Shown: one piece after another, positions 17,214 to 27,799 of the stretch | How the letters are laid out: each line of letters opens with the position of its first letter | How positions within the stretch are numbered: position 1 is the stretch's first letter | Origin: Thermoplasmatota archaeon | GTDB taxonomy: Archaea > Thermoplasmatota > E2 > DHVEG-1 | Direction of reading: 5' to 3' | DNA: 64,000 bases | Assembly: GCA_041650455.1 (NCBI GenBank) | Contig: JBAZLE010000001.1 | Coordinates: 157-64,156, forward strand | Notes under the pieces: model-generated | Told to the model about the DNA's origin: nothing | The model's input: only the letters and a program-made list of their open reading frames with translations | Databases searched by the model: none | Made by a program: the position numbers and the translations under genes

Positions 17214-17908
17214 AAAACGATTGACATCAACAATGGGAACAATGCCAGCGTAAAAAATCGATTACTCCCATGCAGCACCCACGATCCTATAATATTTTGT
17301 GATTTTCGTGCGATTTCTAAGGTCAGAATTCCTTGTACTATCGTTCCGATAATGAACATCGTCGTAAGATTTTGTGGATGCATTAGGATAAAACTCATTA
17401 GTGACGTCATATAGGCTATTTTTGTATTGGTCTTTTGGGATAGGAAGATAAAGAGTATTCCTCTGAAAAAGAATTCTTCGGTAAAAGCCTCGAAGAAACT
17501 GATTACCCCAGATAGCAGGTCAGCCTCCCAAGTTATTCCGTTCAAGTACTGTATCAATCCTGTTACAATAACCATTACTGGTATGTATAAGATACACAAA
17601 AAAATGCTTTTTTTCAATCCCTTTTTTTGCAGGCCATATGCTGAATAACGAATCAATGAGAAATCGTGTTTAATAAGGAGGAAGATACCCAACGGAAGGA
17701 TGACAAAAAGAAGCGCTTTCACAGCTATATACGTATATGCATCAAGAAAATTACTTGTTAGCAATGGCCAATAGAACAATACACATAATAACATAATAAC
17801 TATGATGCCCCCAATTTCACTTAGGGCATCTTTCTTATACTTCGCGCTATAAACCAGGGGTAAAATCATTGGAAGAAGCATAGGCCAGAGAAACAGATTG
17901 ATCTCCAT
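17210..17908 (-). CDS. CPBP family intramembrane metalloprotease (CAAX protease/Abi)
   Basis: Multi-TM protein with EEFFFRGILF (the EExxxR motif) and a downstream FxxxH-type motif. Confidence 0.75.
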   Translation of the reverse strand: MEINLFLWPMLLPMILPLVYSAKYKKDALSEIGGIIVIMLLCVLFYWPLLTSNFLDAYTYIAVKALLFVILPLGIFLLIKHDFSLIRYSAYGLQKKGLKKSIFLCILYIPVMVIVTGLIQYLNGITWEADLLSGVISFFEAFTEEFFFRGILFIFLSQKTNTKIAYMTSLMSFILMHPQNLTTMFIIGTIVQGILTLEIARKSQNIIGSWVLHGSNRFFTLALFPLLMSIVF

Positions 17909-18015
17909 CGAACTTCACCTTTGATACGTTGTATCGTTTGCTTTATTAATAAATTTACAACGATTTCCAATCAAAAAACCTTTTAAGAACGTGCTTCTTC
18001 TCGGTGTTCGCATAT

Positions 18016-19791
18016 ATGAGAATCGCAATAGTACTAAAAGACCGATGCACATCGAAGCGATGTGCGCAGGAATGTATCAAGTTCTGCCCGAGAGTGCGCG
18101 CTGGTGATGAAACCGTAATAATGGGGGAGGACGGCAAACCAATTATTTCTGAGGAGTTGTGTGTCGGCTGCGGTATCTGTGTCAATAAATGCCCGTTCGA
18201 AGCAATCAAAATCATCGGACTTGCTGAGGAACTCAAAGAAGACCTTGTCCATCAATTCGGGAAAAACGGATTCCGACTGTATCGACTGCCGATTCCGAAA
18301 AAAGGAAGCTGTGTTGGTATCCTCGGACAGAACGGGATAGGAAAGACCACAGCGATAAAGATCCTTGCTGGGCAAATACTTCCAAACCTGGGGGACTATC
18401 GTAAAAAGAAACCCTCCTGGGATGCTGTGCTTGACTACTATTCTGGTATGGAACTGTTTGAGCATTTCAAGGCTCTTTCAGAAAAAGACATGGCCTGTGT
18501 GCTCAAACCACAGTATGTTGATCAACTCCCGCGAATATTCAAAGGAACAATACGAGACGTCCTGAAAGGATCTGATACCGCGGATAATTTTGATGCGGTT
18601 GTCACGAAACTTGGATTAACTAATCTCCTCGATAAAGAAATCGAAAAAGGAACAATCTCTGGAGGGGAACTACAGCTTGTTTCGATTGCTGCGGCTCTTA
18701 TTAAAGACGTTGACTTATACTTTTTTGATGAGCCAACCTCCTATCTAGATATCTATCAACGATTAAAAGTCGCTCGCATCATCCAAGAGCTTTCCAAGCA
18801 CAAAAAAGTTATCGTAGTGGAGCATGATTTAGCGGTTTTAGATTTCCTCTGTGAAAACGTCCATATCATGTACGGAACCGAGGGTGCGTACGGGGTCGTG
18901 ACGTTGCCTCGTGCGGTACGTCATGCGATCAACACCTATCTTTCAGGATATCTGAAAGAGGAAAACATCCGTTTTGGGACGAAAATCGAGTTTTTCGCAA
19001 GCCCCCCGAAACCACAACAAGGCCTCCGTGTACTTGTCTCCTATGCCAACCTGGTGAAAGAATTTGAGGATTTCAGTCTACATGTTGAACAAGGGGTTAT
19101 CCGACAAGGGGAACTGGTTGGGATTGTCGGTCCGAATGCGATTGGGAAGACTACGTTTGTGAAAATGCTTGCTGGCGCGATTCAACCAACCCGCGGCGCC
19201 ATCGAGTATGATTTGAAAATCAGTTACAAACCCCAGTACATTACCCCTGATTTTGAGGGGACTGTCCATGAATATTTTGCGACATTCGCGCCTCAACTCT
19301 TCACCTCCCCGTTTTTACAAGCCGAGGTCCATGATGCGCTTCATTTAAAATACCTGCAAGACCGTGACCTCATGACCTTGTCTGGTGGTGAGCTCCAACG
19401 AGTCTCCATCGCAGCATCCATCGTAAAAGACGCGGATATCTATCTTATTGACGAACCATCAGCGTACCTGGATAGTCAACAGCGGATGATTGTCTCAAGA
19501 ATGTTACGCCGACTCATCGAGAAATCAGGGAAATCCGCGATGATTGTCGACCATGACGTGTATTTCATTGATATGGTCAGTGATGCGTTAATTGTCTTCG
19601 ATGGGAAACCAGGGAAAGAGGGACGAGCACAAGGCCCCTTCAGCCTTCATGAGGGCATGAACCGGTTCTTACGAAATGTTGACATCACCTTCCGTCGTGA
19701 TGAGGAAACCAAACGACCCCGGGTGAACAAACCAGATTCGTATATGGAGCGTCAGCAAAAACAAAGCGGAGAGTACTACTACAAATTTTAA
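18016..19791 (+). CDS. abcE1: ABCE1 / RNase L inhibitor-like ribosome recycling ATPase
   Basis: N-terminal 4Fe-4S ferredoxin domain (CVGCGICVNKCP) followed by twin ABC cassettes (GQNGIGKTT, GPNAIGKTT, LSGGELQ x2). Trimmed to MRIAIV. Confidence 0.9.
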   Translation: MRIAIVLKDRCTSKRCAQECIKFCPRVRAGDETVIMGEDGKPIISEELCVGCGICVNKCPFEAIKIIGLAEELKEDLVHQFGKNGFRLYRLPIPKKGSCVGILGQNGIGKTTAIKILAGQILPNLGDYRKKKPSWDAVLDYYSGMELFEHFKALSEKDMACVLKPQYVDQLPRIFKGTIRDVLKGSDTADNFDAVVTKLGLTNLLDKEIEKGTISGGELQLVSIAAALIKDVDLYFFDEPTSYLDIYQRLKVARIIQELSKHKKVIVVEHDLAVLDFLCENVHIMYGTEGAYGVVTLPRAVRHAINTYLSGYLKEENIRFGTKIEFFASPPKPQQGLRVLVSYANLVKEFEDFSLHVEQGVIRQGELVGIVGPNAIGKTTFVKMLAGAIQPTRGAIEYDLKISYKPQYITPDFEGTVHEYFATFAPQLFTSPFLQAEVHDALHLKYLQDRDLMTLSGGELQRVSIAASIVKDADIYLIDEPSAYLDSQQRMIVSRMLRRLIEKSGKSAMIVDHDVYFIDMVSDALIVFDGKPGKEGRAQGPFSLHEGMNRFLRNVDITFRRDEETKRPRVNKPDSYMERQQKQSGEYYYKF

Positions 19792-19809
19792 TAAACATAA
19801 TAAAGGCGC

Positions 19810-20538
19810 ATGTGTTTTCTTCTGACAATGACGACCATTTTCACCTGGGGTCTTCTTGTCTTTCTATCGTTTCTCCCTCCGTTGATCTATACGATCTGGA
19901 TTCGAAACACGGAACGATGCCATCGTCAACAATGGTTCTCCATTTTTCTGTGTTTCCTCTGGGGTGCCACGATTGCTGTCATCGCTGCGTTGGTTTTAGA
20001 AATCGTTTTAGAACTTCCTTTGCGGTATTCGTTTTCCTCTGGGGGTCTGTCACCGTTCCTTCTCAGCGTCGTGATCGCGCCAATCGTCGAGGAGTTTACC
20101 AAGCCCCTTGCCTTGGATCTTCGGTCAGTGAAGAACAATCTGACCGAGTTGGAAGACGGGTTGATTTATGGGGCTGTGGCGGGGTTAGGATTTTCCGCGA
20201 CAGAAAACCTTCTCTATGGGTACAGCTTTTTATCTGAAGGTTTCATCACTTTTTTGGTGCTCATGGCGATGCGGAGTTTCGGCGGGTGTTTGCTTCATGC
20301 ATCTGCCACAGCATTAACCGGATATGGTTTTGGGAAGACTGTGATGAAACAATCATCGTTCTTGGGTGTCCTGCCGTATTTCCTCCTAGCTATTTTCCTT
20401 CATGGGCTCTATAACTTTCTTGTCTCCTATGAATTCATCGGAGTGCTCTCTGGTCTGGTCCTTGCGTTTCTTTGTGTTCTTCTCGCGATTACTATGATTC
20501 GAAAGAAAATCCAGGTTTTGGATAAAAAGAATTGTTAA
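19810..20538 (+). CDS. PrsW-family intramembrane protease-like protein
   Basis: Multi-TM protein with EEFTKPL (EExxK), FSATENLLYG (FxxxE) and HGLYNF (HxxxY) motifs. Confidence 0.7.
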   Translation: MCFLLTMTTIFTWGLLVFLSFLPPLIYTIWIRNTERCHRQQWFSIFLCFLWGATIAVIAALVLEIVLELPLRYSFSSGGLSPFLLSVVIAPIVEEFTKPLALDLRSVKNNLTELEDGLIYGAVAGLGFSATENLLYGYSFLSEGFITFLVLMAMRSFGGCLLHASATALTGYGFGKTVMKQSSFLGVLPYFLLAIFLHGLYNFLVSYEFIGVLSGLVLAFLCVLLAITMIRKKIQVLDKKNC

Positions 20539-20564
20539 ATAAAGGAAAAAGAGACGCTCTGTTT

Positions 20565-21599
20565 TTACCGGGGCGGTACTTCAAAACTCCAGGTGAGCAC
20601 ATCGCCGTTTGAAAGGACATATTTATCAGCACCAATGGTTGGAAGCTCGCCGTTTACATAGTACTGCCAGTATTTTCCCTCTGTTCCTCCAACGGCGTTG
20701 CAAATGGTATTAATCAATGTGGAATCAAACTGTTCATAGTAGGTAGCCTCAACAGAAAAACCGTTTTTCTCTGAGCATCGAACGAGGAGGGAATAGGCGG
20801 TGTCTCCCTGATAGGCAACCAGGTGATCCAGAATGGTCCAATCATCACCGATGATTTCCACACGAACACTGGTCAGATCTGATTTTTCTATCCATATTTC
20901 ACTCTTGTCGGGAACCTGGAAAGCAGTACCAGTGAATGAAAGGGTGATAAGACCAAGGACGAGCAGGACTGCAGGGAGCTTGTGATAAGTTTTTAGCTTG
21001 AATAGTTGTATGTGCAGGTCTTCTTTCTTCCTTGCCATATAAAGAATGATGGGTAGTCCGATTGCACAAAAGGTGACAATTCCAGAAATCAAGTGGTACA
21101 CCATAAATGGCACTCCAGCGGAATACACCAGAAGCAGTGAGGAAGCATCATGGGGATACAACAGGTACCACCATCCCATATTCGTCCAGATGTCGTAGAG
21201 GAGAACAAATCCAACACCTAATCCCGCTGCAAGACCCACGCTTCTCAGACGAAACTGTCCGAAGCTTTTCCAGAGTCGTTCTCTGTTGAATAGGTTGATG
21301 AGACCGATGATGGCAAACCCAGAGTACGTAAATAAAATAATTCTGTTCATGTGATCTCCGACAAAAATTGGATTGCCAATGAGGAGGTCACTTCCAATCA
21401 TGCTAAGGAGAGGAACCATGAGTGCTAGGGGCGATCGTATGAGCATGACCGCTAGAAACGTCACCACCATAATGATCTCAAAGTTCGGGAATGGTTGAAC
21501 TCCCTTGCCAAACAGGACGTATCGTCCGATGGTCCCAAAAAGGATTAACCCTATACATAGTATCAGCTGCTGTCGATTTCCCTGATTTTTTCTGTTCAT
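20565..21599 (-). CDS. Polytopic membrane protein with a C-terminal DUF4430-like soluble domain
   Basis: N-terminal 7+ TM helices. The C-terminus ...KYWQYYVNGE..GADKYVLSNGD resembles the DUF4430 fold (transcobalamin-like). Confidence 0.55.
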   Translation of the reverse strand: MNRKNQGNRQQLILCIGLILFGTIGRYVLFGKGVQPFPNFEIIMVVTFLAVMLIRSPLALMVPLLSMIGSDLLIGNPIFVGDHMNRIILFTYSGFAIIGLINLFNRERLWKSFGQFRLRSVGLAAGLGVGFVLLYDIWTNMGWWYLLYPHDASSLLLVYSAGVPFMVYHLISGIVTFCAIGLPIILYMARKKEDLHIQLFKLKTYHKLPAVLLVLGLITLSFTGTAFQVPDKSEIWIEKSDLTSVRVEIIGDDWTILDHLVAYQGDTAYSLLVRCSEKNGFSVEATYYEQFDSTLINTICNAVGGTEGKYWQYYVNGELPTIGADKYVLSNGDVLTWSFEVPPR

Positions 21600-21656
21600 T
21601 ATAAGACACTCCCTTTTTGTATGAAATACAAAGCCACGTATAAGAGTTTTGTTTTT

Positions 21657-22937
21657 CTACAGAACGTTTCCTTTGACTGTTCGGCAGGCTGCGACGAGTT
21701 TTTCTTTGATTTTTTCGTTACATTCGACTTCTACGGTTATCACTGATTCATAGGTGATATGAAGGACCTTTGTTTTTTCATAGAGCTGAGAGAGGAATCG
21801 TTGTGATGGTTCTTCTGGAGGGAGTTGGAATGTTATTTTCACCATATGTGGTAAGGAATCATAAATGGTTTTGAGCAATTCTTCGATGTTTTCCTCTTCT
21901 TTGACGGAAAGAGGTATGATGGTATGATCCTCAAGGATGCCTGTGTCCTCAAGGTATTCTTGGAGGGTCCGCAGAGATGCAGGGGCGAGCAGATCGATTT
22001 TGTTTAAGGCGATAATGATGGGTGCGCCAACCCCGATATTCCGTAATTCGTTTATGGACACCCGGAGTTTTTTTTCCACCATTTCTTTTGCTTCGCTGCC
22101 GTCCACGACTAACACGACGACATCGGCGAGCTCTATTTCCTCAAGGGTTGAATGGAAAGCATCGATGATGCAGGCAGGGAGGTTTTCGATAAACCCTACC
22201 GTGTCGGTGAGGAGAATGGGGATTTGGTTTTCTTTGTTTTTTTTCGCAATACTTCGAGTTGTTGTTGAAAGGGTTGAAAACAGTTCTGATTCGACTTTAA
22301 CTTTTTCCCCTGCCAGGATGTTCATCAGGCTGCTTTTTCCTGCGTTTGTGTACCCAGCAAGGGAGACTGCATAAAATCCGCTTTGAGATCTGGTTTGTCG
22401 TTGGAGCTCCCTGTTTTCTCTGATTTTTTGAAGGTCTTCTCGAATTTTTTTTGTCTGTCTTTTGATCATTTCATAGTAGTCATCGACTTGGTATTCTCCC
22501 CCGGCCATGAGCCCAGGATGCTCTCCTGCTTTTGCTCGGTGGATGAGTTCTCGAACGTAGGGTCGTTCGTACTGGAGTTGTGCGAGTTTGACTTGAAGAC
22601 GTGCCTCTCGTCGTTCTGCATGCTCTTCAAAGATGGCCAGGATGAGTCTGATGCGGTCATAGACGGTGGTGTGTAATTTTTTTTCCAGGGAAAACCATTG
22701 CGATGGTTTGAGTTCGCCGTTGACGATGGTGAGATCCATGGTCTCTTCGGCATCCTGCAGGTAGTCGTTTATTTCCTTTACTTTTCCGCTGCCGATATAG
22801 TAGTTGACGTCAGGGGTCGTTCGGTGTTGGATGAACGTTTTTCGAATGATGTATCCGAGGGTTTCCGCGAGTTGGGTGATCTCAGAAACAGGGTCGTTGA
22901 GTGAGATAAGGATTGCTTTTTTTTGTGTGTTGTCCAT
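21657..22937 (-). CDS. hflX: GTPase HflX
   Basis: HflX N-domain followed by G1 GYTNAGKSSL, G3 DTVGF and G4 NKID. Confidence 0.85.
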   Translation of the reverse strand: MDNTQKKAILISLNDPVSEITQLAETLGYIIRKTFIQHRTTPDVNYYIGSGKVKEINDYLQDAEETMDLTIVNGELKPSQWFSLEKKLHTTVYDRIRLILAIFEEHAERREARLQVKLAQLQYERPYVRELIHRAKAGEHPGLMAGGEYQVDDYYEMIKRQTKKIREDLQKIRENRELQRQTRSQSGFYAVSLAGYTNAGKSSLMNILAGEKVKVESELFSTLSTTTRSIAKKNKENQIPILLTDTVGFIENLPACIIDAFHSTLEEIELADVVVLVVDGSEAKEMVEKKLRVSINELRNIGVGAPIIIALNKIDLLAPASLRTLQEYLEDTGILEDHTIIPLSVKEEENIEELLKTIYDSLPHMVKITFQLPPEEPSQRFLSQLYEKTKVLHITYESVITVEVECNEKIKEKLVAACRTVKGNVL

Positions 22938-23096
22938 TGTTTTCTAGGAAGAATAACGGTGCGTTCTACTTTAATTTTTGGCAGATTTGGAGGAATGGCA
23001 CACCCATGCTCTTTTTAGAGAGAAGAATGAAAAAGTGACGGTTTTTTCGGGAAGATTTAAATATATGCTATGCTATAACATAACATTGATGAAGTT

Positions 23097-23285
23097 ATGG
23101 AGATCATCGCCTGTCCGTTATGCGGAAGTAAAAACACGCATTCCATGATTTCCGCACCAACCCGCCTTCCCTATTTTGCACGAGGATATACCTGCGACGA
23201 TTGCCAGTTCAAAGGCGTCCCCCTCATCTTTTCCTCAGAAAAGATCTACAAAAAATTCCTTCAGGTCCTCAAAGTCATCAGATAA
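23097..23285 (+). CDS. Small zinc-ribbon protein (62 aa)
   Basis: CPLCGS...CDDCQF forms a four-Cys ribbon. Confidence 0.4.
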   Translation: MEIIACPLCGSKNTHSMISAPTRLPYFARGYTCDDCQFKGVPLIFSSEKIYKKFLQVLKVIR

Positions 23286-23524
23286 CCCCATAAAATAGGA
23301 GACGATAAACCCCTGCAACAAAGACAATCACTCAATCATGTAACAAATGTAATAAAAAAACGTAGAAAATTTTATATACGAAGGTAACTTCTCTATTATC
23401 CGAGAAAAGGAGGAAGGGTCTTATTCTTCATAAAATCCCCTTAATGTTTTCCCTTTCCTCCCTAAAATCTTCATGAGAACCGATCCCTATGAATTTTTAT
23501 TGAACCCAAAGGGATATTTCATCC

Positions 23525-24160
23525 TCACTTTTCTCTAAACCATCGCAGGGTGACAAAGAACCGTTGCACTGCCGTGATATTGCCAACAACCGCAAAATAC
23601 ACCAACACCAACTCAATCACTGTGACATCCCAAGGAAATTGGTATCCAAATCGAAGCACAACATGCTGTATCATCGGAAAAACGATGAGCAGCACCAGTC
23701 GATCCGCACGCCCCAACAGCCCTGCATACTGCCGTTTATGCCCGATTGCTTGCGCCTGCGTCCCCATATAACTGGTCAACAACACTCCGATGATAGCAAG
23801 CAAACCGACCGCAGGACGACACCAGGTGCTCAGCGCAAGTGCACCGACCATGAAGACATCCGCGTACCGATCGAGCACATGATCCAGGTAATCACCACGA
23901 GCAGATGCCGTATGCGTCAGCTTCGCAACCTTTCCATCAATCGCATCAAATAATCCGTTCAACAACACAAAAAGAGCGGCGAACACTAAAAAGAAATTCT
24001 GTACCTCAGACGCAGGGTTCGACAGATAAAAAAACACTCCTGCAACGAACGAGAAAAGAAGCGCACACCAACTCAGAAGATCCGGGCTTATTCTGGTAAA
24101 CCGTTTTGCGAAAAAGGTCAGCAACGGATCCGCTCTCTCCCGTGTCCTATCCAATACCAT
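23525..24160 (-). CDS. CDP-alcohol phosphatidyltransferase family protein
   Basis: DGKVAKLTHTASARGDYLDHVLDRYAD matches D-G-x2-A-R-x8-G-x3-D-x3-D. Multi-TM. Confidence 0.8.
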   Translation of the reverse strand: MVLDRTRERADPLLTFFAKRFTRISPDLLSWCALLFSFVAGVFFYLSNPASEVQNFFLVFAALFVLLNGLFDAIDGKVAKLTHTASARGDYLDHVLDRYADVFMVGALALSTWCRPAVGLLAIIGVLLTSYMGTQAQAIGHKRQYAGLLGRADRLVLLIVFPMIQHVVLRFGYQFPWDVTVIELVLVYFAVVGNITAVQRFFVTLRWFREK

Positions 24161-24168
24161 ATTTGCTC

Positions 24169-24723
24169 CTATGAAAAGTCCTTCTTCAGGATCTCCTCTG
24201 ACCAGTCAATCTGACCAATCCTATATGTTTTTGTGGGTTGAAATTCTTTTTCTCCTATCTCTCGAATCACTGATACAACATCAGCAACGGTTTTTTTCGT
24301 TGTATCAATCTCAAAAATATTTTCAGACGGATGCTGTTCGACAGCTTCACACAGAATGATATCCATAATTTCTGCCTGAATATTTTCCTTGATTTTTTCA
24401 TCATTCCATTGTTTGTTCCGCAGTCGCTTCTTCAATTCATCCGGATGACATCGGAGAAGAATCACTTTTTGCATTGTCTGAAGAAGATGCGCGATATGGC
24501 CTTCAAAAAAAACAAGTGAGTCTGAGGGGATATTTTTCTGAATAGCGTTGTCCAACATCTCAATATCAATCAGCTGCGAACCTCTTTTCTGATCAATCCC
24601 CGCAATACAGTGATTTTCTTTCGCATAGGTGAACAATGAAATAACGGCGTACCCCTGTGTTTCTAACGCTGTCGCAACCGAGGTTTTACCAGTTCCTGGG
24701 GTACCGGTCAGTGCCACCCGCAT
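24169..24723 (-). CDS. P-loop kinase, Fap7/adenylate kinase 6-like
   Basis: MRVALTGTPGTGKTS Walker A motif. The ~180 aa size is typical of archaeal AK6/Fap7. Confidence 0.6.
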   Translation of the reverse strand: MRVALTGTPGTGKTSVATALETQGYAVISLFTYAKENHCIAGIDQKRGSQLIDIEMLDNAIQKNIPSDSLVFFEGHIAHLLQTMQKVILLRCHPDELKKRLRNKQWNDEKIKENIQAEIMDIILCEAVEQHPSENIFEIDTTKKTVADVVSVIREIGEKEFQPTKTYRIGQIDWSEEILKKDFS

Positions 24724-24724
24724 C

Positions 24725-26020
24725 TTAGATCAACTGAGTATAGTCGTATCCACGGAACCCTTTTGTGAAACAATAGTGGAGCTCCTGGAAATCCTTACGG
24801 AATTCTTTCACATCATCTCGAATCTTCTTTGGGTTTTCTTTCTTCAGGAGTGCGCGAGCATAAAAGATTGCGACCTCCTCCATTTCTTTGTCTTTCATCC
24901 CCAGACGAGTCAGCTCCGGTGTCCCCAACCGAAGGCCCGAGGGGTTCAGCGGGTCGACATCACCAGGGATCATATTCATGTTCGTCACAATCCCTGCCTC
25001 CTCCAACAGCTTCGATGCTTCCTTTCCTTTCCCCGGCCCGATTTCCACAAGAACCTGATGAGATTTCGTAAAACCAAGTTTCTCCCCAAAAACCTTGAAC
25101 CCTTGTTCAAAGAGAGCCTGTGCGAGTCGTTTCGCATTCTTAATGGTCTGATCTGCGTACGCTTCTCCAAACTCGAGATGCTCCGCAAACGCAATTCCTT
25201 TCGCTGCGACATGATGTAAATGATACGAGGAGGTGACCCCGGGAAACACCCCGAAACCGATTTTTCTGAAGAATGCTTTCTGCTCTTCTGTCTCTGCTTT
25301 GTTATCGGATAGAATCATCCCACCCTGCGGGCCAGGCAAGGTCTTATGGGTGCTTCCATTCATCACATCCGCCCCTTCACGAAGTGGATCCTGGAAACGT
25401 TTCCCTGCGATTAAGCCAAGCACGTGAGCCGCATCATAGACAACGTACGCACCGACCTCATGCGCTGCCTCAGCGATTGCTTTCAAGGGAGTCGGAAACA
25501 GAAACACGGATTGGCCGCATAACGCAAGTTTTGGTTTCACCTGGCGGATCAATTTCACTGCCCCGTCCACATCAATTACCATCTCCTCATTACTAAACGG
25601 GAAGGAAACAAGATTGATGCCCCGGACACCTGCGGCACCATATTTTCCAAACGAGATATGCGCACCATTCGCGGTATCAAGAACCGTTGCAGTCTCCCCC
25701 GGTTTGATGAGCGCTTTCAACACAGCCATGTTCGCGACGGTCCCGGAGGTCGGTCGCACATCAGCATACCGACACGAGAATAGTTTTTTCGCAAGCTCCA
25801 TGGTCTTTTCTTCTACACGGTCAAAGAACTTACATCCCTCATAATACCGATTCCCCGGGGTTCCCTCAGCGTATCTCCCATGGAAATCGGTTATCAGCAT
25901 TTCACGACATAACGGGGAAAGGACATTTTCACTTGCGATCATCGGAAGAGAATTGGCGAAAAACTCATTGTTTTGCATGGCTTGTTTCCTGATATATTCC
26001 ACTTCATCATACCATTTCAT
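24725..26020 (-). CDS. glyA: Serine hydroxymethyltransferase
   Basis: Hallmark GSTHKTLPGPQGGMI PLP-lysine region, and full-length similarity to the SHMT family. Confidence 0.9.
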   Translation of the reverse strand: MKWYDEVEYIRKQAMQNNEFFANSLPMIASENVLSPLCREMLITDFHGRYAEGTPGNRYYEGCKFFDRVEEKTMELAKKLFSCRYADVRPTSGTVANMAVLKALIKPGETATVLDTANGAHISFGKYGAAGVRGINLVSFPFSNEEMVIDVDGAVKLIRQVKPKLALCGQSVFLFPTPLKAIAEAAHEVGAYVVYDAAHVLGLIAGKRFQDPLREGADVMNGSTHKTLPGPQGGMILSDNKAETEEQKAFFRKIGFGVFPGVTSSYHLHHVAAKGIAFAEHLEFGEAYADQTIKNAKRLAQALFEQGFKVFGEKLGFTKSHQVLVEIGPGKGKEASKLLEEAGIVTNMNMIPGDVDPLNPSGLRLGTPELTRLGMKDKEMEEVAIFYARALLKKENPKKIRDDVKEFRKDFQELHYCFTKGFRGYDYTQLI

Positions 26021-26092
26021 AGAATCAACCCAAAGCTGTATCTTTGACTTCGATAAAAAGGTAATGGAAAGAATCTCCCAGAATACGGCATC

Positions 26093-26626
26093 CTATTTTT
26101 TCTTTTCTTCACGCATTTTAAACAACGAAGGGAGATGAATCGTATATGTCCCGTCCTTTTGGATCACTATTGGTTCTTTCTCCAACAGTCCTTTGAGATC
26201 GATATGGTATTTTCCTGGCTGTTCCACCCCGATGGTCTCAGGGGTATCCGAATGGTCCACCTCTGCTTTGATTTTATCAATAATCGCTTTCCGTTGGTCC
26301 TCCGTGATGGGCTCTCCGATGCTGAGTTCCTTTTCTGGTTTCTTCTGTTCAATTTGGTCTTCGATCATCTTGCGAAGGTCTTTTGGTTTGAGGGTGATCC
26401 ATGCTTCGGTCCCTTTCAAGGTATCCTTTTGCTGTTCCACTGCCAGTTCCATGATCCTGGTGGTGATGTCTTTTCCGATTTCTTTACTCATCACGTCCCG
26501 TTCTACTTCACTTAACGGCTGTTTTGTAAAAAAAAACCGATTCCCTCCGCACCCCGGGCATCCTTTCAAGAGCTGTGAGGATCCTTCTTCGAACACGTGT
26601 CCACATTTCAGACATTGATGTGGCAT
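26093..26626 (-). CDS. Zn-ribbon-containing protein (DUF2072-like) conserved in archaea
   Basis: CLKCGH...CPGCGG at the N-terminus, followed by a charged helical region. Confidence 0.6.
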   Translation of the reverse strand: MPHQCLKCGHVFEEGSSQLLKGCPGCGGNRFFFTKQPLSEVERDVMSKEIGKDITTRIMELAVEQQKDTLKGTEAWITLKPKDLRKMIEDQIEQKKPEKELSIGEPITEDQRKAIIDKIKAEVDHSDTPETIGVEQPGKYHIDLKGLLEKEPIVIQKDGTYTIHLPSLFKMREEKKK

Positions 26627-27003
26627 TAACCTACTCCCTTCCCAGGAATGATGGTCGTCTCGATCATGTCATTGTCTTTGTGAACCATTCTTAGGAGATG
26701 TGCTGGTCCAATCACTGTCATCCGCGGTTTTTTTGAAACGCCGAACACCCGTTGGAAAAACCCGACTTTTTCAGTCTCATATCCACCAATCTCAATACCA
26801 ATAAAGGTGTCATGATTAATCTCCTTCATGGTATGTTCAATCAGCTGTGCTTGTTCCGACGGGGTCAGACCATGTTCCAGAACAAGGATTCTCCCTTCCT
26901 TTACTTCGTTCAGAATATACTGGAGTTTATCCGAGGGGGAGAAATGCTCCAGTTTCTGACGGGAAATGAGATGAAATGCAATACCGGTCTCTTTTTTTGT
27001 CAT
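26626..27003 (-). CDS. Conserved archaeal hypothetical protein (DUF2073-like)
   Basis: 125 aa. It overlaps the downstream gene by 1 nt and follows the GTPase after a 5-nt gap. Confidence 0.55.
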   Translation of the reverse strand: MTKKETGIAFHLISRQKLEHFSPSDKLQYILNEVKEGRILVLEHGLTPSEQAQLIEHTMKEINHDTFIGIEIGGYETEKVGFFQRVFGVSKKPRMTVIGPAHLLRMVHKDNDMIETTIIPGKGVG

Positions 27004-27008
27004 CAGGG

Positions 27009-27674
27009 CTACCTCCTCTTTTTATGTCGTTTTTTCCCAAACTCTTTCACCATCATCGTATAGAGATTCTCCGTATTATAGCCTGTCAGCGCGCTAATCG
27101 GGATGACCGGATGTTGGGGAAAGGCGGATTTTAATGTCGCAGGGCTTGCGTTTTCCGCATCGATTTTATTGGCTGCGATGAGAATTGGTAAATTTCGAGC
27201 TTCCAGGTTCCCAATGATGGTGACATTCACCTGCGTGAAGGGATCTTGGGTCGCATCCATGACTAAGACGACTCCATCAATGTCCTCTAACCATTTGATC
27301 GCCTCGATAACCCCCTCGGTTGCCTCTTTTGCGCGCATACGAGAATCATCCTTTGTCATCCCATACATGTTCATGAATTCCTTGTAATCGATTTTCGTCG
27401 CGATCCCAGGCGTATCCACAAGGTCCATGGTCAATGAGGAGCCACCGTTATCAATCCTGATGTTGTTTTTCCATTTCGCTCGCCGTGTCTCATGAGGAAC
27501 CTCCGAGACACTTCCCATGATATCCCCTGTCCAATCCCGGAGAATTCGATTTGCTAACGTCGTTTTACCAACATTTGGTGGACCGTAGATCCCAATCTTC
27601 GCGTGATTCTTCCCAAAAATCTTATGAATCATTTTTGAAAATCTACTTTCTCTAAATCTCTCGAGTAATCCCAT
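27009..27674 (-). CDS. Small GTP-binding protein (archaeal GTPase, Era/Ras-like G domain)
   Basis: GIYGPPNVGKTTL (G1), DTPG (G3), NKID (G4). Confidence 0.75.
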   Translation of the reverse strand: MGLLERFRESRFSKMIHKIFGKNHAKIGIYGPPNVGKTTLANRILRDWTGDIMGSVSEVPHETRRAKWKNNIRIDNGGSSLTMDLVDTPGIATKIDYKEFMNMYGMTKDDSRMRAKEATEGVIEAIKWLEDIDGVVLVMDATQDPFTQVNVTIIGNLEARNLPILIAANKIDAENASPATLKSAFPQHPVIPISALTGYNTENLYTMMVKEFGKKRHKKRR

Positions 27675-27799
27675 CCCTTTCTGTCTCCAAGTTGTTTTCT
27701 AAATTTGATGAATAGTATATGAATAATAGTTTATTAGTTTAGCGGCTCATGTCCGATTCACGTGTTCAAACCGCAATAAAATAATGACCCTAAAATACT

